Origin: Promethearchaeota archaeon
GTDB taxonomy: Archaea > Asgardarchaeota > Lokiarchaeia > Sigyniarchaeales > SOKP01
Direction of reading: 5' to 3'
Length of the DNA stretch: 36,876 bases
Assembly: GCA_011364975.1 (NCBI GenBank)
Contig: RDOE01000033.1
Location: 1-36,876, forward strand
Shown here: positions 29,920 through 36,876 of the stretch, piece after piece
How positions within the stretch are numbered: the stretch's first letter is position 1
Layout: every line of letters starts with the position of its first letter
The notes under the pieces: model-generated
Database searches by the model: none
Seen by the model: only the letters and a program-made list of their open reading frames with translations
Told to the model about the DNA's origin: nothing
Program-made: the position numbers and the translations under genes

Positions 29920-30284
29920 CTTATTATCTCCTTTTAAGAATAATATTCAATTCTAATTTTAAATAGAATTTTAAATAATACTAAGTTCTACACTTTAATA
30001 TATGGAGTTCATTTTATTTAAATTTATTGAACTCCATTCGGTAACATGATTTGATAATGTATAGAATTCGGCGTGGTATAATATTTTATGAATTAACTTC
30101 ATCGTAGATGATCAGTTAAATAATTTTGTCTTAATTTTCAGGTTATATTCATATCTTCATTTTGGTTTAAAAGAATTACTTTGAAATTTAGCCTAGCAAC
30201 AATTAATTATAGTGGTATTTACATAAAGATCAAATTTACTACATTCTTGTTAGTTCTTAAGAAAAAGCATAAAACATAAATTAC

Positions 30285-30292
30285 TATATAAA
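30285..30292 (+). promoter_or_regulatory. TATA box of tRNA-Tyr gene
   Basis: TATATAAA about 27 nt upstream of the tRNA 5' end, with an A-rich stretch further upstream. Confidence 0.55.
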
Positions 30293-30318
30293 TTCATTAA
30301 TACAATTACTGTAAAATA

Positions 30319-30469
30319 CCCCCCATAGCTCAGTTGGTCAGAGCGCGCGGCTGTAGATAATATCGCGCAACGAGGCATAAGCCCATGAAGTTGCGTCAGC
30401 CGATACCGTGAGGTCCCCGGCTCAAATTTACGTTTCATATTGAAAGTGATGAGGATCCGGGAGGGGGGA
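30319..30469 (+). tRNA. tRNA-Tyr(GUA) with two introns (30357-30404 at 37/38; 30427-30455 at 59/60)
   Basis: Acceptor CCCCCCA/AGGGGGG with discriminator A; D arm GCTC-AGTTGGTCA-GAGC; anticodon stem CGCGG/CCGTG with CT-GTA-G|A; variable loop AGGTC; T stem CCCGG/CCGGG. C1-G72 and A73 are the archaeal Tyr identity elements. No encoded CCA; a T-run follows. Confidence 0.93.
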
Positions 30470-30499
30470 CTAATTTTTTAAAATTTAAAAAAAGTGAAG

Positions 30500-32467
30500 T
30501 TATTTCTTATTTTTTTGAATATTCCTTCGAGTAAAAATTATTAATAGCCCAATTACATGTACCGAAAAGACCAAAATCATCCATAAATCATAACCGGGTA
30601 TCCCATCAGGGATCGACTTCAAATATAGATCCAATGAAAGATCATTAGGATCATCTAATTGAACTAATACATAATTATCGTATAATAAACTCACTTTGTA
30701 AGGAGTTTCAGTTAATTCAAGGTTAATAGTAGTAGTACCATCTATCCATATTTCCTCATAGTAGATTTCATTTCCATTATTATTATATATAGCTAGCGGG
30801 ACCAATTGTCTATATGTATACTCATTTAAGAGTTCATTATTATCCTCAATTATAATGGTTAGATTATTCGATCCAGAGTCAAATTCGACTTCTCCAAATG
30901 AATATTTTGGTAGGTACGGATTATCAAACCATGGAAAAAAGAACCAATCTAAAGAAGTTCCAATAATATCTTCAAAACATTTTTGTAAATCAGATAAGAT
31001 CGCGTGTTTGAATTCATATTGTATAAAAAATAGTTTTAAACCGTTAATAAAATTTGTATGACCAATAGTTTGCCGTAATTTTTCAAAGATTAAGGGAGTT
31101 TTATAATATCCTATAAATACCCAATCGGTATTTGTAGCTATAAATTCATAAGCAGTTTGATTAATTTTCGAACTCAATCCGGTTATAGCATAGTAAGTTC
31201 TGACTCTGTCAATATAACGAGTTACCATTTGAAAATATTCCCAAGTTCCATGATAATATTCTCCATAATAATCCGTGGACCAAACAACAATTCCCTCATC
31301 TAAGAAGGGTAAATCCACTTCATCATTTCCTACTATATTATACCACCATTGATGACAAGTTTCATGTGCAATTATTTTTTCTAAGATCCTACGGTTGATG
31401 GATAATGGATATGAATAAGTATCAACTGCTTCGGTTGCATAGATTTGACAAGGATATTCCATTCCCCCAAAAATAGTATATTCTTCTACGATATTTAGTG
31501 TGGGATAGGGATAAGTACCAAAAGTGCTGTTATAAAGGAGTAAGGCGTTTTCTGCATTATCTATCGCATAAGTTGCCCATAACTCATCGGATTTTGGCAA
31601 AAAGAAGGTAGAAAGGTTTACACCATTAACAAGCTTTGATTCTACTTGAAAGTAACGTGAAGCGGAAAACGTAACCTCTCTAACAGGATAAACTGGATTA
31701 AAGTGATGAAGTAGAGTGGAACCTTTACTTACTTTTTCTTGTAATTGACCCGTTGCTGCAATGATCATCTCTTTAGGAGCTTCTATAAAGAGATTATAAT
31801 ATGCCATATCAAAATAGAACGGATCTCCAACATCTAAATAGGGGTCTACATTCCAACCATCTTCCTGATCATAAACACAGGGAATGGGATAAAATCCTGT
31901 AAATTTGAAGATTTTAGTTTGATTAGAATCATACCCAAAAACATTTGCTCGATCATATGGTCCATCGGGAAGAGTTGCGGTAAATTGAATCACGAAACTT
32001 GCTCGTTCCTTTTCTTTTAGTTCTTTAGTGAGATTAACCCACATTAGTTGTTGGTTTGGATACACATTATAAGAAAGAATTTGACTATGATTTTCTTGAT
32101 CAAACACATTCTCAATTTCGATAGTTCCTTGTTTAGTTTCATACATCATTCCTGATAAATAAAGGTGAAAGGGAATTCGCGTAAAATTTTTTGGATCATT
32201 ATTATAAAAATCTACAGATAAATTTCCTTGGACTGAGGCCACTCCCTCATTGAAAATTACTGATAAATTATAAGAGGAGAAATTACTATCTGGTTGAGCT
32301 AACTTGAGCATTTTTTGTTGTTCCGCAAAAGTTTCTTCTTCCGAAATAATTCTTGGTTCATAGGTAGGATAAAGTGCATTTTGGGACGAAATAAGTGCGA
32401 ATTCAAGCATGAAAAAGAGAGAGAAGATTAAAATCTTATACAATTTAGAAGTTCGCATATTAATCAT
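30500..32467 (-). CDS. Extracellular M1-family zinc aminopeptidase with Loki-CTERM-like anchor
   Basis: GGMEY, HETCHQWW...LDEG; signal peptide; C-terminal IPGY + TM + basic tail. Confidence 0.9.
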   Translation of the reverse strand: MINMRTSKLYKILIFSLFFMLEFALISSQNALYPTYEPRIISEEETFAEQQKMLKLAQPDSNFSSYNLSVIFNEGVASVQGNLSVDFYNNDPKNFTRIPFHLYLSGMMYETKQGTIEIENVFDQENHSQILSYNVYPNQQLMWVNLTKELKEKERASFVIQFTATLPDGPYDRANVFGYDSNQTKIFKFTGFYPIPCVYDQEDGWNVDPYLDVGDPFYFDMAYYNLFIEAPKEMIIAATGQLQEKVSKGSTLLHHFNPVYPVREVTFSASRYFQVESKLVNGVNLSTFFLPKSDELWATYAIDNAENALLLYNSTFGTYPYPTLNIVEEYTIFGGMEYPCQIYATEAVDTYSYPLSINRRILEKIIAHETCHQWWYNIVGNDEVDLPFLDEGIVVWSTDYYGEYYHGTWEYFQMVTRYIDRVRTYYAITGLSSKINQTAYEFIATNTDWVFIGYYKTPLIFEKLRQTIGHTNFINGLKLFFIQYEFKHAILSDLQKCFEDIIGTSLDWFFFPWFDNPYLPKYSFGEVEFDSGSNNLTIIIEDNNELLNEYTYRQLVPLAIYNNNGNEIYYEEIWIDGTTTINLELTETPYKVSLLYDNYVLVQLDDPNDLSLDLYLKSIPDGIPGYDLWMILVFSVHVIGLLIIFTRRNIQKNKK

Positions 32468-32595
32468 TGTAATAAATTGTTAGGATACTTAAGGATATGT
32501 AATTAATTAAATCTTTTCTCTTCATATTTTGAAGTTCATAATATTCTTATGGTTATTCTTATTATTGTTATATACAACTAATATATCTGAGATCA

Positions 32596-33513
32596 ATGAA
32601 AAAGAAAAATACTGCTGTAATTGGAGCGGGTTGGTTTGGCAAGGCTCATATTAGAAATTTCTATAATCTTTCTAATCTTGTTGGCGTGTGTGATGAAAAT
32701 AAAGTAAAATTAAAAGAGGTAACTGATATCTATAGTGAAACAAATCCTTATACCAACGTTGACGATTTAATAAAGAATGAAAGCATTGATGCTGTGAGTA
32801 TAGTAACACCTCCAAAAGAGATACCTAAATTAGCCAGAAAATTTGCTGATAAAGGGATAGACGTACTTATGGAAAAACCAATGGCTCTAAATTTAGAAGA
32901 TTTAAGCTTTTTCAAGAAGTATGACAATGTCCGTATAATGCCAGGATTTATAGAATTATATAATCCTGTATTTGAGAATTTGTTACAAAAATTACCAGAA
33001 ATAGGAGAGATAATTTCGATTGCATCAAAGCGTATTGGTCTGTACCCTAAGAGAGATTGGGATATGGGAGTTATACTTGATTTGTCTATTCATGATATCT
33101 ACTTGCAAGAACGGATAATGGGAAAAAATAAGATCAAAAATTCGTTTGGTGTAAAAAAGTGTTTTAAGGATAGCAAACATGCTGATGCTGCATTTATCAT
33201 TTTAGATTTTGGTACTGCAATAGGACAGATTGAATCAAATTGGCTAACTCCTTCAAAATCTAGAATATTATATGTCAATGGCGAATTAGGGGGAATTTCT
33301 GCTGATTTTATAACTCAACAAATTAATATTCGAACAGGAATTGATCTTCAAGGAGAATGGCCTATTACAAAAGATGTTACATTTAATCCCCTAAGACAAG
33401 ATGAACCATTAAAAAGAGAAATCGTTAATTTCCTCTATGATAAAGAATCTATAGTTACTTTAGATGATGGAATACGAGCTTTAGATATTGCGTTAAAAAT
33501 CGTAAATTCTTAA
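32596..33513 (+). CDS. Gfo/Idh/MocA oxidoreductase
   Basis: IGAGWFGKAH, MEKPMA, DLSIHD, NWLTPSK. Confidence 0.9.
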   Translation: MKKKNTAVIGAGWFGKAHIRNFYNLSNLVGVCDENKVKLKEVTDIYSETNPYTNVDDLIKNESIDAVSIVTPPKEIPKLARKFADKGIDVLMEKPMALNLEDLSFFKKYDNVRIMPGFIELYNPVFENLLQKLPEIGEIISIASKRIGLYPKRDWDMGVILDLSIHDIYLQERIMGKNKIKNSFGVKKCFKDSKHADAAFIILDFGTAIGQIESNWLTPSKSRILYVNGELGGISADFITQQINIRTGIDLQGEWPITKDVTFNPLRQDEPLKREIVNFLYDKESIVTLDDGIRALDIALKIVNS

Positions 33514-33548
33514 TTTTATAATTCATGTTATAAATTGAGGTTAAAAAT

Positions 33549-33977
33549 ATGGGTGAGAACGGGAAAAGTAATGAGGAACTAGAGTTGGAACGAATTCGAT
33601 TAAAAAAAATGCAAGCTATGATGGAGGCTCAAAAAAAACAACAGAGTGCAAATGATAAAGTAATCTCCTTATCAGAAAAGCTAGACTATGTCCTTAAAGT
33701 TGTTTTACAGCCTGAAGCATATGCTCATCTTGAAAAATTAAAAAAAACAGAACCTAATGTCTATCAATATATTTTTAACGAATTAGTAAGTCAAGATGTA
33801 ATAATGAATATTGATTATCTAATAACCATCATTAACCGTCAACGTGGAGTAGGTAGAAGAATTCCTTTGGATATCATCATATATTTAGAACGTAAAGCGA
33901 AAGGAATAAGAGGTAAAATCCAAGTGAAAAAAGGGGACGGCGAAATGATGGATTTAGGTTCATATTTAACAAAATAG
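33549..33977 (+). CDS. PDCD5-like (dsDNA-binding family) protein
   Basis: ELERIRLKKMQAM...VLQPEAYAHLEKLK matches the PDCD5/MTH1615 pattern; C-terminal KIQVKK. Confidence 0.65.
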   Translation: MGENGKSNEELELERIRLKKMQAMMEAQKKQQSANDKVISLSEKLDYVLKVVLQPEAYAHLEKLKKTEPNVYQYIFNELVSQDVIMNIDYLITIINRQRGVGRRIPLDIIIYLERKAKGIRGKIQVKKGDGEMMDLGSYLTK

Positions 33978-34003
33978 CTGACTTAAAAGATAATAATTTA
34001 TAT

Positions 34004-34558
34004 CTACTGTTCTCTTGCAGAAATAATGGCAATTACCTCCCATTCTCCTGTTTCTAGAGTTTTAGCATCAATATTAGAGAATTGAAATGCAAAGGGTCTA
34101 CCAAATACTTGTTCAATCATCGGTCCGAGAGAACTTACGGCAAAAATTAGTAATCTTTTTAAAATGCCTTCCACTTTTCCTTCAATATTCAATTTTTCCA
34201 TAACCACTTTAATAATTTGAATTTCGCCTAAGTTGTATAGATAATGATATTCTAACTTAAAATCAACAGGTGTAGGAGCTTCAGGATTTAGTAACTTCAA
34301 ATCTCTCTTCCGAAAAGGAAATATTGTGTTAAGATAAAAAGTGAATATCTCCTTATAATGATCTCGTAATAGATAGGAAATTCTAGAGCCTTCTTTATAC
34401 TTCGGCCAATAACTCTGCATCATTTCTAGCAATCGGGGATAATTTTTGTACTTGTTTTCACTTTCTTTTTGTAGATAATTTAATAATTGGTTCTTTAACG
34501 GCTTGAATTCATTGTCTTTTGCTACTCTTTCTGCGAAGTTTCTAAATCGTTGGCTCAT
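34004..34558 (-). CDS. Hypothetical protein
   Basis: 184-aa ATG ORF filling the gap with normal composition; no motif recognised. Confidence 0.7.
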   Translation of the reverse strand: MSQRFRNFAERVAKDNEFKPLKNQLLNYLQKESENKYKNYPRLLEMMQSYWPKYKEGSRISYLLRDHYKEIFTFYLNTIFPFRKRDLKLLNPEAPTPVDFKLEYHYLYNLGEIQIIKVVMEKLNIEGKVEGILKRLLIFAVSSLGPMIEQVFGRPFAFQFSNIDAKTLETGEWEVIAIISAREQ

Positions 34559-34757
34559 CTTTTATTGTGGAGGAATAATTTACTAAGAACTATACTTAAA
34601 TATCTATATTTTTTTATATGATACTCCGATAATATAATTCTTTGGTTTTTTTTCAAGGTTCTATAGTTTAAATGAAGAATCTAGAAATTTTCGTGAATTT
34701 AAACTTATGAAACATCTTTCGAAAAAATAAATAGGTAATTTAATACTAATAAGTATA

Positions 34758-35966
34758 ATGATTGACAAAGTATCGCTCCTTTATACTGATAAATATCAAA
34801 CCTACAACTTTGGAGCGCAGCACCCTTTACGTCCACTTCGTCTGAAATTGACGTATAGCCTCATGGAAAAATTAAATCTCTTTAAGAATGAGCGGTTAAC
34901 GATAAAAGAGCCGATCATGGCCACACAAGAGCAGATAGAGCGGGTTCACAGTTCGGATTATGTATCTGTTGTGAAGAGGTTGAGCATTAATCCAGAAGAT
35001 CGGATAGTTAAACCTTATGTCTATGGATTAGGCCCGGGAGATAATCCTATTTTCCCAGGTATGTATGAAGCTTCTGCATTAGTATGTGGTGCTAGTATTC
35101 TAGCTGCGGATTTAGTTTGGAATGATGATGAAATGATGGTAGCATTTAATCCAGCTGGCGGACTTCATCATGCACAAAAAAATAAAGCATCCGGTTTTTG
35201 CATATTCAATGATATTGCTGTTGCAATACATCACCTTAAACATATAAAAAAGGATATTCGAATAGCCTATTTAGATATTGATTGTCATCATGGAGATGGA
35301 GTACAATGGCTTTTTTATGATGATCCAAATGTGCTAAAAGTATCTTTCCATGAAAGTGGTAAGTTCTTATTTCCAGGTAGTGGAAATACCAATGAAATTG
35401 GTGAAGGGAGGGGGAAGGGATTTTCAATAAATTTTCCACTACTTCCCGGTACGAGTAATAGAATGTTTGTTAAATTATTTCGATACTGTGTTCCAAGAAT
35501 CTTGGAAGCCTACTCTCCAGATTTATTATTTACTCAGTTAGGAGTTGATATGCATTTTAATGATCCGCTTACTCAAATGGGGCTTTCGATTGCAGCATAT
35601 AAAGATATTGCCCAAACTCTTTATACTTGTAATCATGATTATTGTAATAATAAATGGGTTGCAGTCGGAGGTGGAGGATATCTAATGACAGTTGTACCAC
35701 GTGCTTGGAGTATTTTCTTAGCAAGAATGTTAGATATTAATTTACCCAATGAATTACCCGAGGAATGGATACAAGAAGTTAAAAAGGAAGTTCCCTACGA
35801 AGAAACACCTTATCAATTGTGGGATCGGGATGATAGATCAGAAGTTCAATTACTTTCTCATCCTGAAATTGCGAAAAAAATGATTGATTATAATAATGAT
35901 TTAAAAAAGTTATGTGATGAGAAATATGTACCCAATATTTTAAACGGTTTTAAGTTAACCTCATAA
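34758..35966 (+). CDS. acuC: Zn-dependent deacetylase, AcuC / class I HDAC-like
   Basis: HPLRPLR, GDNP, GGLHHA, SGFCIFND, DIDCHHGDG, FPGSG, GVDMH, GGGGY. Confidence 0.9.
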   Translation: MIDKVSLLYTDKYQTYNFGAQHPLRPLRLKLTYSLMEKLNLFKNERLTIKEPIMATQEQIERVHSSDYVSVVKRLSINPEDRIVKPYVYGLGPGDNPIFPGMYEASALVCGASILAADLVWNDDEMMVAFNPAGGLHHAQKNKASGFCIFNDIAVAIHHLKHIKKDIRIAYLDIDCHHGDGVQWLFYDDPNVLKVSFHESGKFLFPGSGNTNEIGEGRGKGFSINFPLLPGTSNRMFVKLFRYCVPRILEAYSPDLLFTQLGVDMHFNDPLTQMGLSIAAYKDIAQTLYTCNHDYCNNKWVAVGGGGYLMTVVPRAWSIFLARMLDINLPNELPEEWIQEVKKEVPYEETPYQLWDRDDRSEVQLLSHPEIAKKMIDYNNDLKKLCDEKYVPNILNGFKLTS

Positions 35967-35972
35967 AAAAAG

Positions 35973-36695
35973 TTACATTGGAACCAAACTATTTTTTTTT
36001 AGAATCCAGTTGTCAATCAAGAATAGTTGATCATTGCTTTCGTTTGATCTATAATCTGAATGGATCCCTGATTTTGGGATCCAAACTTGCTGGTTATTGT
36101 TGAATTTTATTAATAAAGCTTTATCAGTTTCACCTTCTATATTTCCAGTTATCTCAGATTGAATGTTATCTATATATTCAATCGATTCTTTTACAAATGG
36201 AATCGAATTAGATTGAGCGTTATTAACTTTTTTCTTTAATGGTTTTACTTTGTTAGAGTTCGTATAATTATCCGATTTATTAAGTGTTGTAGCGTACACA
36301 ATTTTTTCTTCTAATACATGTTCTAAAATGCGCCTAAATATTTCTGATTGCGCAAAATTCAGCATTTTAGAGTATTTATCTACATATAATTTGAGCTTTT
36401 TTTTTGTCTGATCTTCCCATTGAAACGAAATTTGAGTCTTTACATCATTGAAGCTATGAAAACTTGACCACGATTCTAAATTACGGTTGAGTACTTCTAA
36501 TATCATCACGATTTCATCTAAACTTAATTTAATCGTCTTTCCCTCTCCTTGGGATGGTTTTTCCCAATTTCCATCATTTTTTTTTTGAATACATTTCAAG
36601 AAAATAAATGGCTCTGTTCTGGAGGAACTTTGGAGAGTAAGCCCTGTTGATTTGCCAAAAAAACTCTGTGAATGCTTATCGACCATATTCTTCAT
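35973..36695 (-). CDS. Hypothetical protein, Whirly/PC4-like N-domain plus small beta-barrel C-domain
   Basis: FIFLKC...NW...TIKLSLDEIVMIL...FH pattern; C-terminal ETDKALLI...VWIPKS after a low-complexity linker. Confidence 0.55.
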   Translation of the reverse strand: MKNMVDKHSQSFFGKSTGLTLQSSSRTEPFIFLKCIQKKNDGNWEKPSQGEGKTIKLSLDEIVMILEVLNRNLESWSSFHSFNDVKTQISFQWEDQTKKKLKLYVDKYSKMLNFAQSEIFRRILEHVLEEKIVYATTLNKSDNYTNSNKVKPLKKKVNNAQSNSIPFVKESIEYIDNIQSEITGNIEGETDKALLIKFNNNQQVWIPKSGIHSDYRSNESNDQLFLIDNWILKKNSLVPM

Positions 36696-36876
36696 ATTTT
36701 AAAAAGATTGATTGAGTTTTAAATCGATACTGTTTGTCAGATTTATAATATTCTAATTTTAACTAAAAAAAAATTGCGTCTAAAATTCAAAAATCTAAGC
36801 AACTCCCTCCTTATATTAAACTAATTTGTCTATATTACCCAAGCTATCAAATTTGAATACGGATCACCTCATGACT

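Noticed and set aside
30250-30438. 62-aa minus-strand ORF
   Set aside because: Antisense shadow of the tRNA-Tyr gene.
3700-35439. Short antisense or overlapping ORFs in the track (e.g. 3700-3939, 5243-5584, 6086-6454, 16693-17019, 18592-18930, 23287-23631, 25701-25961, 35236-35439)
   Set aside because: All lie opposite well-supported genes and have F/S/L/I-rich or repeat-mirroring shadow composition.
36861-36870. GGATCACCTC, identical to the archaeal 16S 3' end
   Set aside because: The flanking sequence is AT-rich and unlike 16S. It is more likely chance, or the tail of a minus-strand CDS (…SHEVIRIQI*, 36847-36876) too short to call.
1-36876. Mobile element or provirus integrated at tRNA-Tyr
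   Set aside because: No integrase or transposase and no duplicated tRNA 3' end seen in the window.

Overview
AT-rich archaeal chromosomal segment, most likely Asgard/Lokiarchaeia. This is inferred from the eukaryotic-signature proteins (Rab-like and Arf-like small GTPases, longin/roadblock-like domains, ubiquitin E1 and E2), a Loki-CTERM-like tail and a BHB-intron tRNA. It holds about 26 CDS and one tRNA-Tyr(GUA) with two introns. The CDS include sugar-nucleotide epimerases, aspartate kinase, a corrinoid reductive activator, a 2349-aa helical repeat protein, S8 and M1 peptidases, gdhA next to a receiver-Lrp/histidine kinase/response regulator cluster, an HDAC/AcuC deacetylase and a Whirly-like protein. 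Main observations: (1) the anticodon intron of tRNA-Tyr folds like an H/ACA pseudouridylation guide aimed at U35 of its own host tRNA; (2) a second, strict-BHB intron sits in the T-loop; (3) three genes appear to start at ATT/ATC behind good Shine-Dalgarno (SD) sites; (4) a CGAA-N5-TTCG operator is shared by gdhA and a receiver-Lrp fusion gene; (5) the giant protein contains an exact-length 6-unit super-repeat; (6) the E2 has a Cdc34/Ube2G-length loop insertion. All family calls come from motif recognition by eye; no searches were run.
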